DNA of 64,000 bases, taken from positions 310,001 through 374,000 of the forward strand of contig JAQGDQ010000124.1 in NCBI GenBank assembly GCA_030141605.1. Reading direction: 5' to 3'. The translations under genes were made by a program, and so were the position numbers. The stretch comes from Tubiluchus corallicola (lineage: Eukaryota > Animalia > Priapulida). Numbering within the stretch: the first letter of the stretch is position 1; each line of letters starts with the position of its first letter. Under the pieces are notes generated by a model, which had not been told where the DNA came from, ran no database searches, and worked only from the letters and a program-made list of their open reading frames with translations. Shown piece after piece: positions 1 through 10,958 of this stretch.

Positions 1-2127
1 TTTATCTTAATACTGTTGGCATTAATTGACATACTGTTGACGTAAAAATACTACACGTGCACATTGTTTCAAATTGTGTGCCGTGAAATGGTGACACGTG
101 TACATACAAATATATACGTCGTAATTAGTTTGGAAGTGCAAACTTTTCCAAGTTGACACATCTTGACAGATTTCCGAGAACTTCACTCAACACCCATGCA
201 CAGCTTTAATGCTAATGAAATTGTTAGATGTAAACGCCTCAGTTTTTCTTAGGTATGTAGAAAACACGACTCTAAGTGACTAAGATTTCAGGATTTACTA
301 TACGTAATACGAAAAGTTCTGAACCAGGGGCAGTTAAATGAGCGAGTAAAAATATGGATGACTGAGACATAAAGATTACAATTAACGATGGCAGGTGGAA
401 AGATTCTTGCATTGGGGGAAAACAGGACGCATGTCAGTCTAATCGCCCGCCAGCTAAACGCAGTTTTCACTTTGTAAAGTAGCGTCGCCGACATTCCTTT
501 ATTTAGACTGACCCTAAAACATTTTCATCTAGATTATGGGATTACAGTTAGTTCAGTTAATGATGAAACTATTATTCGCAGACAATGGCTGATGTACACT
601 TCGGATACGCGTGTAGCACGTTCTTGTACATATTTACTTCAGTAACTATGAAACAAAACTCCAACAACATTAAAATTTTGAACCAAAATTAAACCAAGTT
701 AACTTCAATTTATTTGACTAGGCTCGTTGCAAACAGATTTTCACGATTTTTTAATACATGTTTAACACGCTAAAACGTACAATTCTACATTACATAATAC
801 AATTATGTACTCAAGGATGGTATGCTATGCAGTATGGTATGCTTTCAGGCGCAAAAGTTCACCGTTTTCAACGGTTTATACAGTAGTTTGAAAAAGTATA
901 ACAATCCTATGTAAAAAAAAATCAAAGTCTCTATTGTTGAACTCCAATCAACGCATTACTAAGGCTGAAATTTTATCTAATGACAAAAGTACCAAAAACT
1001 GTAAACATTGCAGAAATGACAGTTGTTGGAGTAAAGTGATTTCATCGTATGCACATTTGTCGTCATAAGCTTCACTTTACACGAACACATTTTGCTTTAA
1101 TAGCAGTAAGTCATGTGTGCTGTTTTAACAGCAGTAAGTCATGTACACAAAACAGCAGCTGAAAGAAAGGGCTGAGCTAGCCTAGGGTGTCAGAAACTTA
1201 ATCATTATTACCTATTATGAAATACTGCATATGCAGTAGTTAAAACTATCGGTTAGTAGAAAATCTGAAGATAGATTAACAAACTAATATGCATGTAAAA
1301 TTAATACAGTAACTATCAATATTCTAGGGCATCGCAATTACTACTTCACTGAATAGTTGACGAACGGCACGTGCCAAAGATAAACTGACGCCTCTAATTG
1401 GTTTTTGCGGCAATTCAGCTACCTGGAATTATCAGATACGACGGGTTTATACAGGTTGGACAGGTGTACCAGCATGGTGCAAGCGTTCCCTCCCAGAGAA
1501 AAACACATATCAAAGCAATGCAATGGCTAGAAATCACAAAAGAGCAGGTGTGGGTGTCTTTAGCAAGTAAGAATTATAGTCTTTATACAGTGTGTGACTC
1601 AGACTCAAGGGCAAAGAGCCCACACAAGTTTGTGAGGCTGTACATAGAAACGGGAACTGCAGATTTCACGTATTAAGTCTTCCGAATATAAGATTTGACT
1701 GCTACATTGTCGTTTTCGAAAAACTTAAGCACTTACACTTACTGTGTGTTTGTATAACTACATGTACAACAGTGTGTGTTCGGAATGAAGAGTAGCAGTG
1801 GAGTTTGGAACACACTATCAGTAATGGTTAACCATATCACATTCAGTTAAATGTTTCTGCTCAGTATTATTACCAGTGACATATTAGTGATAAATAACAC
1901 TTTTTTCTGCTATGTACATAGATCTTTTTCTGTTTTGACTTAACGAATAATTACAAAAAATAGTAAATCCAATGTAAGTGTCGTTATAACGTGTTGTTAC
2001 CACTGCCATATTTTACATAACTTTTTTTACAAAAATGTAATTACTGTACTCATTCCTCTGCTTTAAACTTGGGCCCTGTTATGAAATATAATAAATTTTA
2101 ATCATTAATTGATGATCACAAAGTTGT

Positions 2128-3732
2128 TCATGATGTGGGTTTTGGCCAATCAACGTTCACCTGCAGTACATCTAATGCCAAAATGTCGGTCTCCTGACCA
2201 AGTAACGTACTCAAACTGGGAACAGTTCTTCCAAAGTCGCTGTGCACAAACTCTTTGATATACGTCCCAGCATTTGCTTCTATTTCCAAACAGAAATGAT
2301 GATCGTCAATTTCCGTTGCTTTCATCTCCAAAATGACCCGATCTCTGACAGCCTGAGCTCTTCGATGAAGAACGCGGATTGGCGTCTGCTGCTGAATTAC
2401 TAGGTCTTTTATAAAAGACAACTGACAAAGTTGACTTTGCGAGATCGTCGCTGGTGACCAGCAGAGGGCAGAGTATCTTTTTGTTTTCGTTTCTTCTGCA
2501 TCTTTTAGCCGTTTTAAGTCTTCGCGCTTTACTAACTGCAAGTGTGTTACACGCACATCCTTACAGGATTCGTTGACAACATTCTGTAAGGCATCCAACT
2601 CTTCTTGAGCAATTCTACTGTACCGAGGATTAACAAACTCGATGGCAAACGGTCGGCCATCTCCAAGCATTTGTACATCAACGTCTTCCCGACCAGAAGA
2701 CTGGAACTTTGTCTCATCTGCTTTGATGACATTATTCAATGGTTCAGTTATGATTTCCTCCACAGATTGCTTCACCTTTCTTTCTCCATTAATAAGCCAA
2801 GGCGTTTGGCAAATACATCTGGAATATTTATTGTATCGTCCAGCTATGTAAATGGAAGCACAGTTACAGCTCATGCTAGATAAGTAAATGCTTTCACACG
2901 GACATTTATGCAAAGAAATGTCATAAACTTTTAAGAAACGTTCTACTTCCCACTCAGCTAACAGTTTTTTCAACTCGTTCGAACCAACTTCTATGTGAGA
3001 TGCTTGCACTTCATTATTGTCGTTACTTGTATTTGCTTGACTCGTCACATTTCCATTATTTTGCTTCTTCCTCTTGCGAGTCCACCAACTCCGCCTCTTT
3101 GATTTTTGAGCAACAGGTTTTTTTATTTCATTAATAACTTTCTTTACTTCTTCCTCATCGTCCGAATGACTGAATTTTATAACAATTTCGAAGGGACTAT
3201 GGAAGTTAACAGGAACATCAAGTTTATCGCAAAGTGCCGTTTTGTTAATCCTCTTCCACACATCTTTGATCTCACAAAGCTGAGGTGCCACAGCTGGTGA
3301 AAGAGTGGCAGAAGTGGTGTGTACAGCATGTTCCCGAAGCACTACAGCTAACGGAATGTGAACGCTGCAACGAAAACTGTTGTATTGAAAGCCACTTCCT
3401 TGTACGAACTTAACAACCTCAGACGTTAAATTTTTACTTCTATCTTGCAACAAGCCAAGACAAACAGTGCAGACATAGGTAACTTCTGCACTTAGGTGAT
3501 GGTCACTTCCCATGGAAAGAGACACTTCATTGTCACTTCCCATGGAAAGAGGCACTTCATTGTCACTTCCCATGGAAGGAGACACTTCATTGTCATTACA
3601 GATTTTCTTGATCTTCAATTTAACTGATTCTAACGAGCCGCTAACATCGTCAACAGAGCCTCCAAGAAAGCGAAGAATACAGCGAGGACAACAGCCAAGA
3701 TTCGCAAGCTCTTGCACAGCAATGTCCGCCAT
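2128..3732 (-). CDS. PUS10: tRNA pseudouridine synthase Pus10, single coding exon, 534 aa
   Basis: N-terminal CCPRCILRF and CTVCLGLLQ zinc motifs; AGRYNKYSR..QTPW; catalytic SSGREDVDV; QQTPIRVLHRR; AGTYIKEFVHSDFGRTVPSL; DILALDV. Candidate acceptor ttttcatgtag| at 3796, 63 nt upstream of the ATG. Confidence 0.96.
   Translation of the reverse strand: MADIAVQELANLGCCPRCILRFLGGSVDDVSGSLESVKLKIKKICNDNEVSPSMGSDNEVPLSMGSDNEVSLSMGSDHHLSAEVTYVCTVCLGLLQDRSKNLTSEVVKFVQGSGFQYNSFRCSVHIPLAVVLREHAVHTTSATLSPAVAPQLCEIKDVWKRINKTALCDKLDVPVNFHSPFEIVIKFSHSDDEEEVKKVINEIKKPVAQKSKRRSWWTRKRKKQNNGNVTSQANTSNDNNEVQASHIEVGSNELKKLLAEWEVERFLKVYDISLHKCPCESIYLSSMSCNCASIYIAGRYNKYSRCICQTPWLINGERKVKQSVEEIITEPLNNVIKADETKFQSSGREDVDVQMLGDGRPFAIEFVNPRYSRIAQEELDALQNVVNESCKDVRVTHLQLVKREDLKRLKDAEETKTKRYSALCWSPATISQSQLCQLSFIKDLVIQQQTPIRVLHRRAQAVRDRVILEMKATEIDDHHFCLEIEANAGTYIKEFVHSDFGRTVPSLSTLLGQETDILALDVLQVNVDWPKPTS
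3500..3594 (-). repeat. In-frame 30-bp tandem repeat (about 3 copies) inside the PUS10 CDS
   Basis: Unit tcacttcccatggaaagagacacttcattg repeated; it encodes DNEV(S/P)(P/L)SMGS three times. Confidence 0.9.
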
Positions 3733-4088
3733 TCTTCAAATGTTAAGGGAGGCACTGTCCTTAGTATCCCTAATGACTGCACTCATCAGCAAGTCCTACA
3801 TGAAAATAGAACAACCACTAATATCTGGAAGGTGCTTTATCATGTACGCCCTAGCCAAACTTACAAAAGACATATACTACAGAATCATAATTATACTATT
3901 TACAATATTTGAACAACAAATGATTAACTTTCGATAACCTTAATAAATGATGCATAAGTTTAACTACAAAGCAACAGTTAGTTTTAGCTATTTTTATGAG
4001 TCTTAAAAATGATTTTAAATGAAGTTTGTTTATTTTTGTGTACAAATATAAAAATAGTGTTGTGTCCATGCTACTAGTGAGACTCGTG

Positions 4089-5378
4089 TCATAAATGTGA
4101 ATAGTTGTGTAAAATTTGTTCTACAGTTGCAAAGCTGTTCATAAAGGCGTCTTCCTCTAGTCCATGACGAGCATACTGATGCAAATAAGCTCTGGATGTG
4201 AACATATTCCATGCTTTCTGCACAGTGCAATCGATAGAACTAACAACTGTTTGACAGTTACTCATCAAAACTACAGATTTATCCAACCCATAAAATGGTC
4301 TTTCACTGCTGTATGTCATCAGTCGATAGGGTTCCGGCACCCAAGAAGGGTAAAAACGTTCATCCTTTAACACAGAAACATCAGCCATTGATGAATATCG
4401 TCCACGCGTAAATAGAATATTCGCAACTGATTTGGGGAATCCACGAGCCGCCTGGTTGACACCTTCTGCAGCAGATTCAGAACGATGTAACCGTGACAAC
4501 TCCTTCATTAAACTTGGCCAAGTGAGAGTGCTAAATGGTTGTGCCTCTGACGAGAGCTGAGGAGCATGCTTGATAGTCAGTAACTTATAATCAGGATGGG
4601 AAACCAAATGTTTTAAAATATCTCCCAGATTTAAAGTGGCAATTTTGTTTCCTCTCATCAACTGAGGCAGAAATACTCCAGCCAACTGATGACATAACAC
4701 AGAGTTTATATCTTTGAATGAAACATGTTTGATGTTGAGACGGTCTGTACATATTTTGTGCAACTGTTCATTGTGTACATACATTAATGCATCAGAATTT
4801 TCGTACAACGATGCCAACGTTAACACAGTGTTATAATTCTGCACGATCACCTCACCGGAGCTGTAAGGTGCAATTACCTGGTTTACAATAAACGAGTGCG
4901 GATAGTCATCTCTCAAGCATCGCGTGGCGTGTGAGCCAACGCCGGACCCTGTACCACCTGCCAAACTAACAATACATAGGAATCCATCAAGACGATCAAT
5001 TTTTTCTACCTCACGTCTAACTTTCTCCATTATTTGACCGCGGGCTTGAGGACCGTGTCCGCAATAGCCCTGCGCCCAATTGTTTCCGGAACCACGTCGC
5101 TTACTGTATGTTTGATCGGAGTTATAACGCCACAGCGCAGCTTTGTCAGTAGCGGAAATCACCTGCCTCATCACTTTCAGTTCGGTATCAATCATAACGG
5201 CTCTAGCAGTGGCTTGCTCACTCGACGAAACATCAAAGAACCGATGCATGGCACAATTCTTATAAGCTTCATTGCTCAATGCTCGGTTTTTTGGGTTTGC
5301 CTCAGCATAGATGGTGTCAAAGAGTTGATGTCCGATCTGGTTGCCACATTGTCCAATTTGGAGCGTTACTATCGACAT
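4089..5378 (-). CDS. TUBD1: Tubulin delta chain, single coding exon (likely start MSIVTLQIGQCGNQIG at 5378)
   Basis: GQCGNQIG, ARAVMIDTE, GSGNNWAQGY, SLAGGTGSGVGS, GEVIVQNYN, KAWNMFTSRAYLHQY and C-terminal EQIL..Y..L are typical of delta-tubulin. Acceptor ttggcag|G-ATG at 5380; AATAAA at 4034-4029. Confidence 0.95.
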   Translation of the reverse strand: MSIVTLQIGQCGNQIGHQLFDTIYAEANPKNRALSNEAYKNCAMHRFFDVSSSEQATARAVMIDTELKVMRQVISATDKAALWRYNSDQTYSKRRGSGNNWAQGYCGHGPQARGQIMEKVRREVEKIDRLDGFLCIVSLAGGTGSGVGSHATRCLRDDYPHSFIVNQVIAPYSSGEVIVQNYNTVLTLASLYENSDALMYVHNEQLHKICTDRLNIKHVSFKDINSVLCHQLAGVFLPQLMRGNKIATLNLGDILKHLVSHPDYKLLTIKHAPQLSSEAQPFSTLTWPSLMKELSRLHRSESAAEGVNQAARGFPKSVANILFTRGRYSSMADVSVLKDERFYPSWVPEPYRLMTYSSERPFYGLDKSVVLMSNCQTVVSSIDCTVQKAWNMFTSRAYLHQYARHGLEEDAFMNSFATVEQILHNYSHL

Positions 5379-7387
5379 CCTGCCAAACAGGCAAATTAAA
5401 GTAGGTATCGGGAAGTCCAATTTAAAAGCTGGTATTTAAAAAAGCAGTTGAAGTAAACAAAGTATAAAAAGTACAGCAATTTTATACGGAGAAAATACAT
5501 TTGCTAAATTTGAATTAATATAATCACAAAATTTACATGAGAATTTCTTGTATACGGAAAATTATAATGTTAGTATATGTAAACAATTTGTCACGTGAAA
5601 GAGTGACACCAGTACAGCATAAGACTGTGTAAAGACAACTAGTCAACAAAAGAAAAACATTAGTGACCAAATAACAGATGCGACATTAATTACGTAAAAC
5701 ACCAATAAAAAGCAACCACCATGTAAGTAGAAATTAAAAAATCCATACTTAAAATATTAAATTTTTTTGTGATAATAACCATGCTAAAAACCATCAGTCT
5801 CAGCCGGATAGTGGCGGTCTAAAATAGTTCCCCCAAAATGGAAGATTTTAAATTTCAAACAAAAAATGCATCCTGATATGTATTCTTGTATGCAGTTTAC
5901 AAAGGGCATCTTATTTTTAAAATCTGGTGATCCCTATGAGGACATCGAGTGGCAGGCTGCAACTAAATTAAAAACTCGTGATTCATAACAAAATTCTTTG
6001 GGTATAACTTTGACCACACATCTACTTAGTAACAGGAGTTCTGTTGCAAATTGTATTGCTTTGTCGTGAGGCCGATGACTCGAATAAAAAGATGAAAAAC
6101 TCAAATGCAGGATTACGATGAATAGACCAGGTGCAGAGAAGTTTCCTTTCACGTCCAGGTGCATGCATACATTACAAGTTAGTGCAGGCGTAAAATACTG
6201 CATAATTGAACAGCTCTAATGTTGGTTAACACATTAAAGGACCCACTAGGCACATGCCAAGTGACTCGAGGTGAATAAATTTGCAAGAAATTACACCACT
6301 GTTGTACAGAAAGGAAGTAGTAGTGAAACTTCCTAAATTAATTAACCAGGAGCAAATAGGGTAGTAACAATAATTGCAAATGTATGCATGTAAAGAAATT
6401 TCACAGTACTGTTGAGACTTAACACTCCTGATTTGTAAGTGTAATTGCTCAAAATGCACTTTTACAGAGTAAAATCTTTTTTCATGCAAGTAGCGATTGG
6501 AAAATGTTGCTATCTTTATTATATACACAGCGGAATGATTAGAATCAATAAATTTTATATTGTTGCAAACTAACATTGTTATCAGCAAGTGAAAGACATT
6601 CTTACTGATAATACCTAATATCACGTACACCAACCAGTAGAAAATTTTCAACTTTTCTTAAGGTAAAAAGTAAGGTTTCTGAACTAAATTACCTGCACTC
6701 TCAAACATAGCCATTTTAAGCATTTTGCTTATTGATTATATCATTTAAAACCTCTAAAAAGACAACACACAGTTGAAAGTGATAAGTATGAAAAAAGTTT
6801 TGACACCAAAGATTATAATGATTATGCTCAATGCCAATCATATTTTACCTTTAAATGTTCTAAAAAAAAAATAAAAAGGATGCCATGGTATACCACGCAA
6901 ACAACGTCAAAATACTGGCAATAGTTGCCTATATTCTGACCGTGCTCCCAGTTGACTGCTCAGATAACAGAAGGAATGTAGCTTATATACTACACCTCAA
7001 ATCCCAAGTTGTTCATAATTTTTCAACATTCTCTTCTTTAATAAATTAGCTGTGATGTTAACAGTATTCCTTATATAAAAGGTTAGCATGCTGGTGGGCA
7101 AAACTTTCTATCCATAAAGCATCAATTCAACAACATGCAATAAAGTACCGTGGAGATGCTTTCGCATTCCAATAACAATTGTGTAGAATTAACAATCCAC
7201 TAAGCTACTGCCCCCTACAGGCAAAAACCAAAAACTAAAAGATTTCAAAAATTATCCTAGAAACTAACTTGCAATGAGTCTAGTAAATATGAAATTGTGC
7301 AAATTGAAATAGAAAAAGAGTGCAAAAATAAAAGCCTATGTACGCAAAAGCTTTCCTGATGGATCAGAAGTTTGTAAGTCAAGACCA

Positions 7388-7450
7388 TCGGGTGAATTAA
7401 AACTCTAGTCACAACTCAAATACACTGTGAACTAGAGTTAATTCACCTAC
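7388..7450 (-). ncRNA. mir-279: miR-279-family pre-miRNA hairpin D, predicted 3p UGACUAGAGUUUUAAUUCACCC
   Basis: Minus strand GGTGAATTAACTCTAGTTCACA-loop-TGTGACTAGAGTTTTAATTCACC folds into a long stem, with seed GACUAGA at the start of the 3p arm. Confidence 0.85.
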
Positions 7451-7748
7451 AGGCAAGACAGATCCTACACAGTTGCTGTTTAATATGCCAAGTTGCAAAA
7501 AGTGAACTTAAGAAAGGAAGCAAAATAATAAAAATATCATTAATTTTAACCATCTTCGAAAATTACAATTTCTACAGATAAAATGAAGAAAATTACTTTT
7601 AATGTAGCACCATGTGGTATTCAGCGCAACCACAGCACTGGTTGGCTACGAGGATATTGCATATAAACTCCACGAGTTTCTCTTTCTCAAAAGTTCATCA
7701 AAGCAGCGAAAAATTACGGAGTAAAAAACGTTTCTAGTTCGAGCTCAC

Positions 7749-7830
7749 TGTGTCCATCGGACGAGTGAAGAATCTAGTCATGTTGGAATATTCATGCATG
7801 TACCAGAGACTCACTGGTCTGATTCACACA
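7749..7830 (-). ncRNA. mir-279: miR-279-family pre-miRNA hairpin C, predicted 3p UGACUAGAUUCUUCACUCGUCC
   Basis: 5' arm ATCAGACCAGTGAGTCTCTGGTACATG pairs with 3' arm CATGACTAGATTCTTCACTCGTCCGAT; mature at 7780-7759. Confidence 0.9.
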
Positions 7831-8342
7831 ATGTCATCCTTTTCCACATGTCACAAACACTAGGCATTGCAGAAAGTGGAATATGACTGCATGTACATAT
7901 ATTGTCAGAACGTACCAAGATATTAAAAACACTAACATAACACTAACTTCACATGACAGGTATGGTAGCAGAGAAACTATACGAAATGGCTCTGTTCTGC
8001 AGCTTGAAGGAACCAATTAAAATTTAAATGTTTCTTCATTTAAAACTTTAGCGATTGATTTACATAGGGCTCACACAAGAAAAAAAAACCTCAATTCAAC
8101 CAGCACAAAAACTACAATTCACATCTATATTGACTAGATTTAGGCTCATTTAATTTCATAAGAACTAAGCTTCTGTGTAAGACGTTTGCTGCCTAGCACA
8201 TATGATTTGTAAAGTATGTAAAAACACAGAGGTAAATATATGCAGTGCACAAAATCTCTACTCAAATAACTGACTGAATGCAACAAGGATTGCACTCAGC
8301 CTCTGACCTTGGTTTATTCCAGTTCCCAACAGATAAAAAGTT

Positions 8343-8414
8343 GTATTTTGGATGAGTAGTGCTCTAGTCATGAATTCAAACACACATGCACTACAGCCTA
8401 CTCACCTGAAATAC
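8343..8414 (-). ncRNA. mir-279: miR-279-family pre-miRNA hairpin B, predicted 3p UGACUAGAGCACUACUCAUCCA
   Basis: GTATTTCAGGTGAGTAGGCTGTAGTGCATG pairs with CATGACTAGAGCACTACTCATCCAAAATAC; UGUG at the loop start. This is the closest copy to canonical miR-279 (UGACUAGAUCCACACUCAUCCA, recalled). Confidence 0.92.
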
Positions 8415-8460
8415 ACACCTCAATTTTTCTATCAATTTTCTCATGTTAACGATGTCACAT

Positions 8461-8541
8461 GTAGACAGCTAGAGTGAGTAGGAATCTAGTCATGATGCAG
8501 TACAAACACGTACTAAACCCGTACTCACTGTTGCGGTCTAC
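8461..8541 (-). ncRNA. mir-279: miR-279-family pre-miRNA hairpin A, predicted 3p UGACUAGAUUCCUACUCACUCU
   Basis: GTAGACCGCAACAGTGAGTACGGGTTTAGTACGTG pairs with CATGACTAGATTCCTACTCACTCTAGCTGTCTAC; CNNC (CATC) lies about 17 nt downstream of the 3p end. Confidence 0.9.
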
Positions 8542-9011
8542 TCCATTTTCACGCAGCATGCTGCCATTTTGGTTGTACTGCAGTTAATAGCTATCAAAAC
8601 CATTAAGTCAGATGCTGAAAATAACCTATTTCAAGCAAATAGTAGAAGTTACTCGTAACTGGTTCCTACCGAAAATTATTACCATGCTAACCAAATTGAC
8701 TGAAACATTGGTTTACTTATCTTTCCTTATGTGCTAGAAATATCTGGCAGATCCACAATGTATGATATGGAAACGTTGTATGATATGAAAATGTCATTTA
8801 TGTACATTTTCATAGATACCCGTTTAACACTAATAATTTTCCTTCTAATCCTAATCTGAAAATATTGATTTATTTAATAATATAATACAGTACATAACGA
8901 CCTAATAGTAGAAAAAAGTTTTATTCGTACAAACTAATGGAACTCTAAAATAGTTTAGCTTGATTTTATAAACTGCTCTATAAGACAATAAGCAAGAAAG
9001 TAACTATTTTT

Positions 9012-10958
9012 TCAGTTATCATATTTATAAACCATAAATTTCGATGTTTTCATGTATTTGGCAGCAAATGCTCTTCCATCGGGCGTCGGATCAGAAAAAG
9101 CTATACTGTTCTTTTTCAATGCACAGCCAAATAAGAAATTGTCTCTCAGACAGTCAATAAGCCGACTGGCAATCCATTTTCTACGGTGGCTAGCTAGCAC
9201 CCATATTCGATTAATACCACACTGTGCAGGCTCACTTTCTGTGCTACAGCACAAGGCACGTTTATCGTCCATTTTCCGCGGGCTGCCACTCAACATTCTG
9301 TATCCCTTTTCAATATGTTCGGCAATACAACAGCCTACAACCTTTTGCTCTGATATGAACAGCAGAGTTTTCTGGTTTTGCTTGCGTGCACTGGGCACGG
9401 ACGCATCATGGAATCCCAAGTCAGCATCAACAATGTTTCTAATGTCACCGAGTTTCTTGTGGCAATACTTAGGATCCTCATTAAGTATCATTATCACCCG
9501 ACCATCACTGTAATTCCTGAGAACCCTCTCCTTTTTCCAACCGGGAAACCTCAAGCTTAGCAGAAAACGCTGGTGAAATTTTACGTGCACGGCTTCGTCT
9601 TCAGCACTTGCAAACGAATAAACCATTCCGCACGCATGACATTGAGTTGCACCAATTTTCTTTTGCCCGACATCCAGTGTCATTTGTTCGTAATCGTCCT
9701 TGGATGCTGCAGCCATTCGCTGACTCCGCAGTACTTTACTTCTCGGAGATGGAATTGTAAGGAATCTGACTGGAGAAGAACTAGTGCTAGAACATGGTGA
9801 CAATGACTTCGACAATGGGGACGTATTGTTCTGCGATGTTCGTAGGCGAGAATTCATGAATATTGGGAATAACTTCGCAGGTTGGTCTCCTGTATTGCTG
9901 CTAAAGTCTGTCTTTCTTGACGATGATTGCGAACACTCCGACGGGGGAAACAGATCAGGACTATACGAATCAAGCCTATCAATTGTGTGTTTCTGCATAG
10001 TCTGCTGTGACAAAACAGTTTCCTCTACATGTGTACTTTTTATGATATCAGCAGTTTCTATAAAATTATCGCGAAAACTTTCAGCTGAATTGTTACGATC
10101 AGCTTTACCAGGACTGTGAGAAGATATACATATATCAGCCTCATGTTTTTGTTTCGTTGCTTGCGATGAAGTAATTTCTTTTGAATGTTTCGTGTTGCCA
10201 CAGATTTTAATAATGCTGTAATTAGAACTGTCCACTAAATCTTTTTTGTTATTATAATCTGACTTTTTCGCGCATGAGCTATCCATTTCAACTTTCTGCC
10301 TTTTTGGATGTGGTAAATTCGTTTCGCCTGCAGTGGGACGTTTAATTTTAGCTACAGTCTCTACATTGGTATCATTAAAATTGACGGCTGCACCATGTGC
10401 TTTGTCCGGGTCAGATTTTTCGTTGTTTCGACTTTTCGTGCTACTCTTGCTTCGAATGTTTATTTTTCTAGAGCAGTAATGCTTAATGTAATCGCTGCTT
10501 GAAGCACAGTTTTTGTTTTTAAAGAACTTGTTGCCCATCAGTGGCAAGCTTGCTGGTACAGTATGTTCTTCTCCTGTAGCACATGCAGGACTGGTATCAA
10601 GATTGGAAGCAAGACTAGACTTGGCTGGAGTTGTAGGTGATACTACTGATCCTGCAGATTTCATGGCGGCATTTTCAAGACCGCGATGAAATGATGGTAT
10701 TTTAACGTCCTTTACCATACCTTTGGCGTACTTCTGTTTTCGCATCACAATTTGTTGGTCGGTAGAAGAATTCATTCTTAAACTTCGTGTTTTGGAATTC
10801 TTTGTAACTAACAAACCCTCCTTTGCTCTGTCAAGTGGGTTGATATAATTAGTTTTAGAATAAAATGATGTTGGACTTAAGACAGATGTAGTACGGTCAT
10901 TAGAATAGTGTAAATTGTTAGCTGGTGTTTGAGAATCTGATTTACGCACGAAATCCAT
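9012..10958 (-). CDS. ESCO2: Cohesin N-acetyltransferase Eco1/ESCO family (ESCO2-like), single coding exon, 648 aa
   Basis: PIP-like QMTLDVGQKKIG; C2H2 finger CHACGMVY..HVKFH; FPGWKKERV; CGINRIWV; IAFSDPTPDGRAFA. N-terminal SFYSKTNYINPLDR and KLFPIF resemble ESCO2-type conserved boxes. AATAAA at 8925-8920. Confidence 0.92.
   Translation of the reverse strand: MDFVRKSDSQTPANNLHYSNDRTTSVLSPTSFYSKTNYINPLDRAKEGLLVTKNSKTRSLRMNSSTDQQIVMRKQKYAKGMVKDVKIPSFHRGLENAAMKSAGSVVSPTTPAKSSLASNLDTSPACATGEEHTVPASLPLMGNKFFKNKNCASSSDYIKHYCSRKINIRSKSSTKSRNNEKSDPDKAHGAAVNFNDTNVETVAKIKRPTAGETNLPHPKRQKVEMDSSCAKKSDYNNKKDLVDSSNYSIIKICGNTKHSKEITSSQATKQKHEADICISSHSPGKADRNNSAESFRDNFIETADIIKSTHVEETVLSQQTMQKHTIDRLDSYSPDLFPPSECSQSSSRKTDFSSNTGDQPAKLFPIFMNSRLRTSQNNTSPLSKSLSPCSSTSSSPVRFLTIPSPRSKVLRSQRMAAASKDDYEQMTLDVGQKKIGATQCHACGMVYSFASAEDEAVHVKFHQRFLLSLRFPGWKKERVLRNYSDGRVIMILNEDPKYCHKKLGDIRNIVDADLGFHDASVPSARKQNQKTLLFISEQKVVGCCIAEHIEKGYRMLSGSPRKMDDKRALCCSTESEPAQCGINRIWVLASHRRKWIASRLIDCLRDNFLFGCALKKNSIAFSDPTPDGRAFAAKYMKTSKFMVYKYDN

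Noticed and set aside
288-1676. Short ORFs 288-494 (-) and 1398-1676 (+) as further cistrons downstream of PUS10
   Set aside because: No recognisable protein or RNA motifs, so they cannot be supported from sequence alone.
5379-5420. N-terminal extensions given by the ORF track for TUBD1 (also METTL21 26056-26169 and LSM10 25289-25300)
   Set aside because: They begin at non-ATG codons; homology starts at the downstream ATG, and a splice acceptor directly precedes it in TUBD1.
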